Positions 9,636 to 19,010 are shown, numbered from the stretch's first letter. The stretch: 62,297 bases of DNA from Candidatus Pristimantibacillus sp. (GCA_035491975.1 DATJJV010000046.1:1-62297), one strand, 5' to 3'. A program made the numbers and translations. Notes: generated from the letters alone by a model not told the origin.

Positions 9636-11393
9636 GTGAAACTTACAAATCGCGTCCGTATAGCTAGCATCGTGACCGGTGGTTTTATGCTCCTGTCGCA
9701 GTTCGCGGCGCCAGTCAGCGCAGCCGCACACGCAAACGACAACAACAATCGTAATGACGACTACGTGACCATTTGTCACGCTACCGGCTCAAACAAACAC
9801 CCATACCAACAAATCACCCCTGATAAAGACGGCGTGGTCAACGGCCACTTGGGTGCCGGCCACCAAAACGGTGAAGACATCGTTCCGCCATTTACCCTCA
9901 ACGGCCAAACCTACTCGCAAAACTGGGACCAGGCCAGCCAAGACATTTGGGACAACAAATGTAAGGTACCTGGCGAGACCGACACTACCTCGCTGACTAT
10001 CGTAAAGGACGCCCAGGGCGACCCTACCCAAGCCTTTGACTTTACGCTAACCAAAGAAAACGGCAACGAAGACTTCAGCCTGAAAAACGGCGACTCGAAG
10101 TCGTACGACCTGAAATCGGACAAGACTTACGTTGTTGCCGAAGCCGCGACTGCCGGCTGGGATTTGACCAAGATCGTTTGTAACGACGAAGATGACATCA
10201 CCGTCGATGTGGCGAACCACCAGGTTACCGTCGAACTTGATGACGAAGAAGACATCACCTGCACTTTCACGAATGTGCAGCAAGAGGAGCCAGAAGCTCC
10301 TGCCACGCTCACCATTAAGAAAATACTCCAGTCTGACAACGGCAGCAGCCAAGACTTCACCTTCTATTCTGACGAACTTGGCAACTTCCAGCTTGACGCT
10401 GATGAGTCCTCGAACACACTGCCCAGCAAACAAACCTTTAACGGCCTAAATGCTGGTGAGTATGGCGTTCGCGAACAAAGCCTCTGGGGCTGGCATCTCG
10501 AAGAGATCACTTGCGCCGGTACCAATGACTACACTGTGTACGAAAACGAGGGCCGCGTACAAGTAAACCTGCAGCCTGGCGACAACGTTACCTGCACCTT
10601 CTTAAACGAACAGATGAACGCTCTTGGCGGCTTCAAATTCAACGACCTGAACGGCAACGGTAAGTGGGATGCTGGTGAGCCTGCAATCGAAGGCTGGACC
10701 ATGACTATAACCGGCGGCGAAGACAACATCACCGAATCTATCCAGACAAACAGTGACGGCTTTTACACCTTCACCGGTCTTGAAGACGGCATCTACAAAA
10801 TCTGCGAAGAACAGCGCGCCGGCTGGACGCAAACGTTCCCAGCAACCGACGATGGCTGCTACACGGTCACGGACCTTAACGAACACAACGGCGTAGAAAA
10901 GAACGGCTTCGACTTCGGCAACACGCAACCTGCCGTTACCCGCCCCGGGACCATCAACGGATCTAAGTTCAACGACCTGAACGGCAACGGTAAGTGGGAT
11001 GCTGGTGAGCCGACTCTAGCCGGCTGGACCATCACCCTGTATAACGGCAACGGCACTACCCTGGCTACCACCCAGACCAACCAGAACGGCGCTTTCGTCT
11101 TTGCCAGCCTGAACCCTGGTGACTATAAGGTTTGTGAGACGCAAAAAGCTACCTGGACCCGCACCATGCCAGCTAGCAGCGACTGCTACATCATCGCCCT
11201 CACTTCCGGCCAGACTTTTACCGCCAACTTCGGTAACCACGCTCAGCCACAAGTACTTGGCGAAAGCACCACCGCTGTCCTGGTTAACACCGGTGACTCG
11301 CTGAACAAGAACCTCTTCGTTGGCTTGTTCATCTTGGCAGCAGCTGGCGCGGCTCAATTCCTGACCGGCCGCCGCAAAGATTACGCAAAGTAA
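9636..11393 (+). CDS. Cell-surface protein with prealbumin-like/SdrD-B-like repeats and sortase sorting signal
   Basis: GGGAGG SD, signal peptide, xTCTFxN repeats, two KFNDLNGNGKWDAGEP units, C-terminal LVNTG-TM-RRK. Confidence 0.85.
   Translation: MKLTNRVRIASIVTGGFMLLSQFAAPVSAAAHANDNNNRNDDYVTICHATGSNKHPYQQITPDKDGVVNGHLGAGHQNGEDIVPPFTLNGQTYSQNWDQASQDIWDNKCKVPGETDTTSLTIVKDAQGDPTQAFDFTLTKENGNEDFSLKNGDSKSYDLKSDKTYVVAEAATAGWDLTKIVCNDEDDITVDVANHQVTVELDDEEDITCTFTNVQQEEPEAPATLTIKKILQSDNGSSQDFTFYSDELGNFQLDADESSNTLPSKQTFNGLNAGEYGVREQSLWGWHLEEITCAGTNDYTVYENEGRVQVNLQPGDNVTCTFLNEQMNALGGFKFNDLNGNGKWDAGEPAIEGWTMTITGGEDNITESIQTNSDGFYTFTGLEDGIYKICEEQRAGWTQTFPATDDGCYTVTDLNEHNGVEKNGFDFGNTQPAVTRPGTINGSKFNDLNGNGKWDAGEPTLAGWTITLYNGNGTTLATTQTNQNGAFVFASLNPGDYKVCETQKATWTRTMPASSDCYIIALTSGQTFTANFGNHAQPQVLGESTTAVLVNTGDSLNKNLFVGLFILAAAGAAQFLTGRRKDYAK
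10638..11011 (+). repeat. Perfect 44-nt intragenic direct repeat (10638-10681 and 10968-11011)
   Basis: TTCAACGACCTGAACGGCAACGGTAAGTGGGATGCTGGTGAGCC occurs twice. Confidence 0.95.
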
Positions 11394-11414
11394 TTCTTAG
11401 GCATCAGACCCTAG

Positions 11415-11447
11415 AGAAGACGTACCTGGTAGGAAGGTACGTCTTCT
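11415..11447 (+). terminator. Stem-loop, probable terminator
   Basis: AGAAGACGTACCT / AGGTACGTCTTCT 13-bp inverted repeat after the surface-protein stop; weak U-tract. Confidence 0.6.
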
Positions 11448-11469
11448 GCTATAATCGCCTCTGTTATCT

Positions 11470-11544
11470 GCGGGTGTGGTATAACGGTCATTACTCCAGT
11501 TTTCCAAACTGGCTACGGGAGTTCGACTCTCCCCACCCGCACCA
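11470..11544 (+). tRNA. tRNA-Gly(TCC)
   Basis: GCGGGTG acceptor, CCAGT-TT-TCC-AA-ACTGG, GTTCGAC T-loop, CCA; TATAAT upstream. Confidence 0.93.
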
Positions 11545-11550
11545 CTGGTT

Positions 11551-12345
11551 ATGACGAATTATCAAACCGACCTGGATCATGCTAAACGGCTGGCTGATGC
11601 AGCTGATGCCATCACCATGCGCTACTTCCGCGCCCGCGACTTGGTGGTCACCGATAAACCCGACAATACCCCGGTTACTCAGGGCGACACCGAAACCGAA
11701 CAAGCGCTGAACGACATCATCACTAACGAGTTCCACGAGCAATGCCTCGGCGAAGAGGGTGCCCGGCCGGGCAAAGGTGAACGAGTGTGGATTATCGACC
11801 CGATTGATGGTACTAAGAACTTCTTGCGCGGCCTGCCCATCTGGGGCACACTCATGGCTCTGACCGAAAACGGCGAAACCGTCGCAGCAATGGTTAGCTG
11901 CCCGGCACTGCGCCGCCGCTGGTGGGCGGCCAAAGGCATGGGCGCCTGGACCCAGGAAGCCGACGACAGCATCAGGCAAATCCGTGTATCCAAAGTTTCC
12001 CAGCTGGAAGACGCCTTTATTTTGCGCTCGACGCCGCTTTCCGCCTGGGATAAAGTACCCGGCAGCAGCGAAACCAAAGTAAACAAACTGTTGGCGAGCG
12101 TCTGGCGCGATCGGGCACCGGGCGATTTCATTAACTACATGTGGCTGGCCGAAGGCGCTGCCGATGTCAGTTTTGAGCCCTATGCCAAGCTTTGGGACAT
12201 TGAAGCCCCCAAGCTCATAGTTACCGAGGCCGGCGGCTCATTCTGGACGAATGCCGCCGCCGATACGCCTCCTGAAGAGGAGCGCGTCGTCGTCGCTACC
12301 AACGGTCCGCTGGAAGCAACCATACTCAAAGCCCTTGGGCTCTAA
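11551..12345 (+). CDS. Inositol monophosphatase family (HisN-like) phosphatase
   Basis: WIIDPIDGTKNF and LWDIEA motifs. Confidence 0.9.
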   Translation: MTNYQTDLDHAKRLADAADAITMRYFRARDLVVTDKPDNTPVTQGDTETEQALNDIITNEFHEQCLGEEGARPGKGERVWIIDPIDGTKNFLRGLPIWGTLMALTENGETVAAMVSCPALRRRWWAAKGMGAWTQEADDSIRQIRVSKVSQLEDAFILRSTPLSAWDKVPGSSETKVNKLLASVWRDRAPGDFINYMWLAEGAADVSFEPYAKLWDIEAPKLIVTEAGGSFWTNAAADTPPEEERVVVATNGPLEATILKALGL

Positions 12346-12417
12346 GCGCCATTGTTTTTATCCAAGTCATATCTGTTACAATAGCGTGTGTGACCACAAA
12401 ATGTCTGCGGGCATTTC

Positions 12418-12494
12418 GCCCCGGTAGCTCAGCTGGATAGAGCAAGAGACTTCTAAGCTCGAGGTCGTAGGTTCGAATCCTACCCGGGGTACCA
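12418..12494 (+). tRNA. tRNA-Arg(TCT)
   Basis: GCCCCGG acceptor, CT-TCT-AA loop, GGTTCGAATCC, CCA; imperfect anticodon stem. Confidence 0.9.
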
Positions 12495-12639
12495 AATAAA
12501 AAGACCGGCCGCAGGTTGGTCTTTTTATTTGGTCACTCGCGCAAGCGAGTTCGAACCGTCAAGGTTCGGTGAAGCGAGGACGCGCGCAGGTGCTTGCACC
12601 GAGCACGCCGCAGCGAAAAAGGACGAAGTCCGCCATCCT
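12495..12639 (+). mobile_element. Family-A tRNA-3'-anchored mini-element at tRNA-Arg(TCT), right end truncated
   Basis: Hairpin 12491-12533, anti-T TTCGAACC 12550-12557, 47-nt core identical to reverse complement of 23087-23133; only ATCCT remains of the tRNA copy. Confidence 0.6.
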
Positions 12640-12652
12640 GCAGATGAATAGT

Positions 12653-12680
12653 AAAAGACGCCGGTCCCGGCGTCTTTTTT
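12653..12680. terminator. Bidirectional intrinsic terminator
   Basis: AAAAGACGCCGG-TC-CCGGCGTCTTTTTT. Confidence 0.8.
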
Positions 12681-12691
12681 GAGAAATACTG

Positions 12692-13243
12692 CTATTTCCG
12701 CTTATTCTTGACCCGGCCGGAGTGATAAAAACCGAGTGCCGACAAGATGAACAGAAGGGCGCTGGCCGCCAGCGCGCCGAGGGCGGCAAGATTGGCCACC
12801 ATAGCCATGGTGTCGAAGGCGTAGGCATTCAGCAGTAAGCCTCGTAATGTCTCGCCGCGGAACATAGTCTGCACCTGGCCGACAAGGGCGGTATTGGTCG
12901 GATCGGCTATGGAGGCCGAACTCAACTCCGAGTACGTCTTACCGCCGCCTACTTTTTGTAAGTGCACCGCAATGTAGTTGTCGGCAAAGACCTTGGCTTG
13001 CGCACCGGTTAGCAATTGCTGTCCGGCATATTTAGCAACCTGGGCCTGGTCATCGGCTGGCAAGGCCATAAGACCCTTGCTGCCTGCTGCCGGGAACGTA
13101 ATTTTCTCGGCGGCTAGCTGGTTATGAACCTGCGTATGTATAAAACTGTGCGCATAAAATAACGCCCCCGATGCTGCCAGCAATACGAGCGCGATTATAA
13201 GTCCAGTTGAAGATATGAGCCTGTCGAGAGTGCTGCGATTCAT
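12692..13243 (-). CDS. Hypothetical membrane protein (two terminal TM helices)
   Basis: TM helices at both ends; FADNYIAVHL and FRGETLRGLLL resemble a conserved uncharacterised family. Confidence 0.75.
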   Translation of the reverse strand: MNRSTLDRLISSTGLIIALVLLAASGALFYAHSFIHTQVHNQLAAEKITFPAAGSKGLMALPADDQAQVAKYAGQQLLTGAQAKVFADNYIAVHLQKVGGGKTYSELSSASIADPTNTALVGQVQTMFRGETLRGLLLNAYAFDTMAMVANLAALGALAASALLFILSALGFYHSGRVKNKRK

Positions 13244-13339
13244 GGATATCCTTTATATTTAGTGGTTATATAAATAGTAGCATAAGCACTATCGGAGACA
13301 CACGGCCCAAAGCAACCGGCGCGGTAATCACCGAGCGGT

Positions 13340-13552
13340 CTATTCTCTATATTCGGTAAAGTAATAGTAGCCGGCAGTAAAGACGTTAAAAACGATAAAA
13401 AAGAGTATCCATTGGCTCCTAGCGGCAGGCGGCCAGCGAAATTCCAGCGGACCTGAGTTGCGTATAGCGCCGTTGTTTAGCATGTCGTTAAACATCCATA
13501 GCCAAAACGCTGCCAATAGTAAAGGGATGAGAATAGCCAGGGTTCGTATCAT
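13340..13552 (-). CDS. Small 2-TM membrane protein (PLDc_N-like)
   Basis: FWLWMFNDML...WILFFIVFNVFTAGYYYF. Confidence 0.6.
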   Translation of the reverse strand: MIRTLAILIPLLLAAFWLWMFNDMLNNGAIRNSGPLEFRWPPAARSQWILFFIVFNVFTAGYYYFTEYRE

Positions 13553-13742
13553 GTGCCTTATAAGTATACATTCGAGATTGTAGTGGCAAATCATTTACAA
13601 AGGCGAATAATTATGCTAAAGTTAAAACAGTTTTACGTATCTCTCTTTTCGAAAGAAGCGAATATACCTAAATCTCGGATGAATGCTTGTACTCCTATAG
13701 CGATTCATCACTTCACTAAGCGATGAATGAAAGGCGTTCATA

Positions 13743-14954
13743 GTGTATAAAAAGCGATATTCTGGTGGAAACAATACTTATTCGGGGCGGAGCAGCCAGT
13801 TCCGCAGGCCGCAGCGCGGCAGCGGTGGCGGACGCAACAAACAGCGCATCGACCCTGCCCGTTTTATCAACCGCAGCACGAAAGCAGTTACCGAGGTAGC
13901 ATACGAGTCGAAGCACAGCTTCGCGGATTTTGAGCTTCTTCCTGTTCTGCAGGCCAACCTCGATAGCGCCGGCTTTAAGCAGCCAAGTCCTATCCAGGAC
14001 ATCGCCATCCCCCTGGCGCTAGCCGGCCGCGACGTGATTGGCCTGGCCAATACCGGCACTGGTAAGACGGCGGCATTTTTGTTGCCGATCCTGAACCAGC
14101 TGTACCGGTCGCGCGTACCGCAATCGGTATTGATCGTAGCGCCCACGCGCGAACTCGCTCAGCAGATTGACGCTGAATTCAAGAAGTTCGCCCAAGGCAT
14201 GAAGCTCTACTCCGCGGTCTGCGTTGGTGGTATGAGCATCAACACCCAAATGCGCGAGCTGCGCCGCAGCCCGCACATTGTTATCGGCACGCCGGGCCGT
14301 CTGAAAGACCTGTTTGGCCGCGGCGTTCTGCGCCCCAATAACATGACCACACTGGTACTGGACGAGGTGGACCGGATGCTCGACATGGGCTTCGTGCACG
14401 ACGTACGCAGCATTGTGAAGCTGCTGCCGGAAACCGGCCGCCAAACACTCTGCTTTAGCGCCACCTTGAGCAACGACATCCAGGCTATTATCCACGAGTT
14501 CGTGCACGACCCGGAGACCGTGTCGGTACGGATGAGCGAAACCAACGAGCACATTTACCAAGATGTCGTGCATTTCCGCGACGACATGCACAAGAAGGAA
14601 ATCCTCCTCAATCTGTTACGCGACGAGGCTTTCGAGAAAGTCATTGTCTTCGGAGAGACGAAGCATGGTGTACAACGGCTATCCGAAAGCCTAACCAGCA
14701 GCGGTATCACCGCCTGCGCCATCCACGGCAACAAAACCCAAAGCCAGCGCATGAAAGCGCTCGCGTCCTTCCAGCGGAACGAGTCCAAAGTACTGGTCGC
14801 CACCGACGTTGCCGCCCGCGGCCTGGACATCCCAAGTGTCAGCCACGTCATCAACTTCGACCAGCCGCAAACCTACGACGACTACATCCACCGCATTGGC
14901 CGCACTGGCCGCGCCGGCAAGTCCGGCACTGCGCTCACATTCGTAAAGCTCTAA
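13743..14954 (+). CDS. DEAD-box RNA helicase
   Basis: Q motif, ANTGTGKT, PTRELA, TPGRL, DEVD, SAT, HRIGRTGRAG. Confidence 0.95.
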   Translation: MYKKRYSGGNNTYSGRSSQFRRPQRGSGGGRNKQRIDPARFINRSTKAVTEVAYESKHSFADFELLPVLQANLDSAGFKQPSPIQDIAIPLALAGRDVIGLANTGTGKTAAFLLPILNQLYRSRVPQSVLIVAPTRELAQQIDAEFKKFAQGMKLYSAVCVGGMSINTQMRELRRSPHIVIGTPGRLKDLFGRGVLRPNNMTTLVLDEVDRMLDMGFVHDVRSIVKLLPETGRQTLCFSATLSNDIQAIIHEFVHDPETVSVRMSETNEHIYQDVVHFRDDMHKKEILLNLLRDEAFEKVIVFGETKHGVQRLSESLTSSGITACAIHGNKTQSQRMKALASFQRNESKVLVATDVAARGLDIPSVSHVINFDQPQTYDDYIHRIGRTGRAGKSGTALTFVKL

Positions 14955-15003
14955 CAACCACTCCGTAGTTACGGATGCCGGCAGCCGCTGGTATTATTAT
15001 GGG

Positions 15004-15750
15004 GTGAAATTATTCCGCGGAAACAGGCGAAGCTACCAGGCGTATGCTGATGTCTATGATGTTTTCAAGGGCGACCGGTCGGAGACAATCGGCCTGGTCA
15101 GCTTTCTGATTGAGAAGTACCATCCGGGGGCCACTAGGCTACTGGATCTGGCTTGCGGCACCGGCGCCATCGCCGAAGGCCTGGACAAGCGCTTCACGGT
15201 CGTTGGCCTGGATAAGTCGCGGCGGATGCTGCGCCGGGCCGAACAGAAACTCCCGGCCATGCAACTGGTGCGCGGCGACATGGCCAAGTTTTCGTTGCCC
15301 CAAACTTTCGACGCCGTCTATTGCCTGCACAATTCAATCAATCACCTGCTGACTTTCCGGGAATGGGAGCAAATGTTTGCGAACGTCGCCAAACATCTGC
15401 GCCCCAACGGCATTTTTATCTTCGACATCAACACCGATGAGCGTATGGAGCGGCTCATTACCCTCGGAACGGGAACTATCCGCGCAGGTAAAGACTATGT
15501 GGCAACACGGGTCACCAAAGACCCTCGCCGGCGGGGACGGTACAACTGGGAAACCAAACTATTTTTGGAACGCAGGCCGGGCTATTTTGTAATGCATGAC
15601 GAGACGATTCGGGTCAGCGCCTATCCGCTAGGGATCGTTAGGCAAGCCGTGTCCGAGATATTCGATATCCTGGAATGCTTTACGCTGGAACACACCGAGA
15701 AACCGGATGAGATTGGACGCACTTATTTTGTGTGCCGGAAGAAAACTTAA
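15004..15750 (+). CDS. Class I SAM-dependent methyltransferase
   Basis: LLDLACGTG motif I, GDM, HLRPNGIFIFD. Confidence 0.9.
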   Translation: MKLFRGNRRSYQAYADVYDVFKGDRSETIGLVSFLIEKYHPGATRLLDLACGTGAIAEGLDKRFTVVGLDKSRRMLRRAEQKLPAMQLVRGDMAKFSLPQTFDAVYCLHNSINHLLTFREWEQMFANVAKHLRPNGIFIFDINTDERMERLITLGTGTIRAGKDYVATRVTKDPRRRGRYNWETKLFLERRPGYFVMHDETIRVSAYPLGIVRQAVSEIFDILECFTLEHTEKPDEIGRTYFVCRKKT

Positions 15751-16490
15751 TGCTGCTCGCGGCGACGGGTGGCAAAGCCGAGGAACGAGGCGGCCCCAAC
15801 CAGCGCACCCGCAACGATTAGTGATGGCGTGCTGTTTGAGCCGGTATTAACGAGCGTAGCCGTGGTGCTGGCATCGAGCACCTGCGGGATCACCGGTTTC
15901 AGCTGCACGTCTACCCATGCGTCATCGCTGTCGTTATCGGCATTGGCGTCGGCATAGGTACCGGTGCCGCCAAGGCAGCCATCTATACAGGGATCGTAAT
16001 CATTTAACGCTGCCGTGTTTTGAACCAAGCCCGTGGTGTTAGCCGTTGTCGTAATCGTCAGTGTCGCCGGCAACGCGACGGAAGACAAAGAAACCACCCA
16101 GTCATCGGCCGAGAAAACGCCGCCGCTGGCCGTCGAGCTGCCAAGCGTTACCGCTCCGGGCAATATGTCATGTACCGTTACGATGCCTATTGGAATGGCG
16201 GTTGGATCACTACTAGCATTAGAGAGTGTGATTTGCCAGGTGATGGTATCGCCCAAATGGGCACCCGGCGCTGTCGTGCTGTTGTTGGCGTCGGCAAAAG
16301 TGCCGCCGTTCACGCTGACTTGCTTACTAACGCCGAGGTCGCAACCTTGGGTGGTTATTACCTCGTCGGCTGGTACTTCGCAGCGCACCAAGACGTTCTG
16401 GGCAGCGTAGGCCGGCATGGCCAGGCCGACGGCAGGCAAAACTGAGGCAATAGCAAAGCCCGCAGCGGCCGAAATTCTGCGTAGTCTCAT
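15747..16490 (-). CDS. DUF11-like surface protein with sortase sorting signal
   Basis: GAGGAGG SD, signal peptide, DLGVSK...GDTITWQITLSN...VHDILP, LVNTG-TM-RRR. Confidence 0.8.
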   Translation of the reverse strand: MRLRRISAAAGFAIASVLPAVGLAMPAYAAQNVLVRCEVPADEVITTQGCDLGVSKQVSVNGGTFADANNSTTAPGAHLGDTITWQITLSNASSDPTAIPIGIVTVHDILPGAVTLGSSTASGGVFSADDWVVSLSSVALPATLTITTTANTTGLVQNTAALNDYDPCIDGCLGGTGTYADANADNDSDDAWVDVQLKPVIPQVLDASTTATLVNTGSNSTPSLIVAGALVGAASFLGFATRRREQH

Positions 16491-16574
16491 AACAAGCCTC
16501 CTCACCTATTGTTACTTCCACCGTATACTTAAACGCTAATGATTGCAAGCAAATTTGCTGCAAATACAACAACG

Positions 16575-16694
16575 TTATCTGAGGCTGCGGACAAAGTTCA
16601 CATCGTAGGCGTGCTGGCTCCACACGATGAAGCCGACGGCCAGGGCAATCAAGGCTACTAACGCCACGGTTCGGTGCCACTCTTGCAGTCTCAT
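16575..16694 (-). CDS. Small single-TM protein (39 aa) coupled to sortase
   Basis: ATGA overlap with sortase stop; MRLQEWHRTVALVALIALAVGFIVWSQHAYDVNFVRSLR. Confidence 0.6.
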   Translation of the reverse strand: MRLQEWHRTVALVALIALAVGFIVWSQHAYDVNFVRSLR

Positions 16695-17311
16695 GACTCG
16701 TGCCCCGTCAGTTTAGCAACAATCACCAGCCGCTTGCTTGAGGTCCATAACGGCGTGCAAGTATAAAGAGTCAGCTCCGAATCTTTGGTATTGTTTTCGA
16801 CGTCGGTCGCCTCCGGCGGCACGACTTTGCTTTCGCTGACCACATAGTCGTAGCGCTCGCCGTTCCAGTAAACGGTTATCGGATCACCGACTTTGATCTT
16901 ATCCAAAAAGTAGAATACTGCCGGGCGGCTGTAATAGAAGCGGTGGCCGGCGATGACCGTGTTGCCACCCTTGTCCGGCGTACTGGTGGCCGGGCGGCGC
17001 CAAGGCCCCTTCAGCAGCGTGTTCACCGAACGACCCTCGAATATCTCCTGCGTCATGTCCAGACTCGGAATAACCAGCGTGTTCACTTTAGGCCGGTCTT
17101 CTTTTTTCTCGTTCTGCGGTGCCGGCAAAGAAACGGCCGGTTGGATATGAAAAACTGGCACGCTGTGGCGGAACCACCAGACTGCTTGCGGCAGCAATGG
17201 CAACACCGCGATATAGATGGCCAGCAGCGCTACAACACCGGTCAAAACGTGGTTTACCACCCTCAGCCGGACCGAACCGGCAAACCTGTGAACGATCTGC
17301 GCCGCGCTCAT
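16691..17311 (-). CDS. Sortase (class D/E-like)
   Basis: N-terminal TM, NTVIAGHR, LTLYTCTP, KRLVIVA (His-Cys-Arg triad). Confidence 0.93.
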   Translation of the reverse strand: MSAAQIVHRFAGSVRLRVVNHVLTGVVALLAIYIAVLPLLPQAVWWFRHSVPVFHIQPAVSLPAPQNEKKEDRPKVNTLVIPSLDMTQEIFEGRSVNTLLKGPWRRPATSTPDKGGNTVIAGHRFYYSRPAVFYFLDKIKVGDPITVYWNGERYDYVVSESKVVPPEATDVENNTKDSELTLYTCTPLWTSSKRLVIVAKLTGHES

Positions 17312-17436
17312 ATTCACTAGTATAGCCGAAAGCCGAGCATGAGCGTGTTAAATACTTTATATCCTTAAAAAAATATTCGTATATAACAAAAGGGGCAGAG
17401 AGACGAATGACTACAAAGTGGTCGAAGGAGGTTGCT

Positions 17437-18102
17437 ATGCATATACTGCGAATTTTTGGAAAAGGGATAGGGGTTCTGACGGCGGCACTGCTGGTTACCG
17501 CACCGGCTGCGGTGTCGGCCGACACGATGACGAGCGGGGCGTCCAATACGAACGACTCCTCGATGTCCATTAGTATCGAGGGCTCGTCCGGCGACGTCAG
17601 CGTGAATGCCGGCGATCCGGTGGGCGACAGTCCGTCGATCAGCTCGACTGGCCCGGATAGCGACGCAAGCGTCCGGACCGATGTATCAAACCGGGCGAAC
17701 ATAACGAACAAGAACGATGTCACTATTACGAACACAAACCAGCAAACTGCCAAGACCGGTGAGTGCAAAGTCGTCCACAACACCTTCGGCGGCAGCGCGG
17801 CATGTGCCTCGGCCAAGGTAGAGAAGCAAGTACAGGTGCCGGCCGAAGAGGAGAACGCGCCCGAAGCGGCCATTTCTGAAGAAAACCAAGCCCCACAGCC
17901 CGAAGTCCTTGGCGCGGCAGTCGGCGGCATGGGCGGCGGCCTGGGTGCCGGCGAACTGGTCAACACCGGCTCAAACTCCGTACCGAACATCCTGGTTGGC
18001 CTGGCCATACTCGGAGCGGTATCAGCCCTGACCTATGCTACCACTGGCAAACGGCGCTTCGTGGTAGCCGAAACTACCAAAGCGGGCGGTAACCTACACT
18101 AG
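17437..18102 (+). CDS. Secreted protein with sortase sorting signal
   Basis: AAGGAGG SD, signal peptide, S/T/N-rich body, PEVLG...LVNTG-TM-KRR. Confidence 0.8.
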   Translation: MHILRIFGKGIGVLTAALLVTAPAAVSADTMTSGASNTNDSSMSISIEGSSGDVSVNAGDPVGDSPSISSTGPDSDASVRTDVSNRANITNKNDVTITNTNQQTAKTGECKVVHNTFGGSAACASAKVEKQVQVPAEEENAPEAAISEENQAPQPEVLGAAVGGMGGGLGAGELVNTGSNSVPNILVGLAILGAVSALTYATTGKRRFVVAETTKAGGNLH

Positions 18103-18507
18103 AACTTGGGCTTCTTGGCCGACGGCTAGCGGGCCGGCCGGGCTAACCGGAGCCACCCGCATAACGGCAAACTGCTCGGCCGTGGGCGGATAGTCATCAG
18201 GCTCGGCAGGTTCGATGCCGCAACCAAACTGCTCGAGCAGTGATGCATCGAGCTCCTCCAGAGTCATCGCGCCTATTGCTACACAATAGAATCCCATCGT
18301 CTTTTCAGTCTCATAGGCACCAGAGGGAGCGGCGCTTTCGTCGCCTGGAAACTCCATCAGACCCTCGTCCCGGTCCGGTAATGGGCCGCCGCGTGCGCCG
18401 CCGGTCTCGTAATAGAACCTATCGCTCCTCGACAATTGTCCCCACGTCGTCGTGCCGGCCATCAGCGAAAGCCTCAACGTGATTGGAATGCGCTCTGAAA
18501 GATACAT
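18094..18507 (-). CDS. Hypothetical protein
   Basis: 137-aa ORF with AGGAG upstream; no family recognised. Confidence 0.45.
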   Translation of the reverse strand: MYLSERIPITLRLSLMAGTTTWGQLSRSDRFYYETGGARGGPLPDRDEGLMEFPGDESAAPSGAYETEKTMGFYCVAIGAMTLEELDASLLEQFGCGIEPAEPDDYPPTAEQFAVMRVAPVSPAGPLAVGQEAQVLV

Positions 18508-18691
18508 AAAAGATTACTCCTGAAAAATAAAATGCACCAGCTACCCGATGCACAAGTTATCTAATCATCGATTAAATAATTGTTAAATTATACTCTCGTA
18601 GCCCCGGTAAGTAAATATGTTATCCCAATGGCGTCTGGACATTATCGACTTGGCTTACAGAGGAAAATCAGGTATAATCACCTCTGTTCTT

Positions 18692-18769
18692 GGCGGAAGT
18701 AGCTCAGTTGGTTAGAGCGCTGGATTGTGGCTCCGGAGGCCGTGGGTTCAAGTCCCATCTTTCGCCCCA
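18692..18769 (+). tRNA. tRNA-His(GTG)
   Basis: G-1:C73, CTGGA-TT-GTG-GC-TCCGG, GGTTCAAGTCC, CCA; TATAAT upstream. Confidence 0.95.
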
Positions 18770-18961
18770 AACAAAACAGATCAGGCCATCGGTCTGATCT
18801 GTTTTGTTTTTGTCGGAATGTACTTGAGCCCACGGCGCATCTTTTGCCTTTGGCAAAATCTGCAAGGCCGTGAGGGTCGTGAAGCGAGGACGCCCACAGA
18901 AGCTCGCTTCGAGAACGCCGCAGCGGAAAAGCGCAGCGCCAGTCCCATCTTTCGCCCCAAA
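18770..18961 (+). mobile_element. Family-A tRNA-3'-anchored mini-element at tRNA-His
   Basis: 21-nt direct repeat AGTCCCATCTTTCGCCCCAAA (18751-18771 and 18941-18961), hairpin, anti-T-arm 18822-18835, core 18875-18940. Confidence 0.65.
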
Positions 18962-19010
18962 ATAGTCAGGTCAGCATCGCTGGCCTTTTTATTTGGTTTA
19001 TACTACGGGG

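Noticed and set aside
11545-11551. Mini-element after tRNA-Gly
   Set aside because: Absent: the IMPase gene starts 6 nt after the CCA.
13595-13742. Structured leader of the DEAD-box helicase (also the long rny leader at 29834-30027)
   Set aside because: Only short hairpins are visible and no known motif was recognised.
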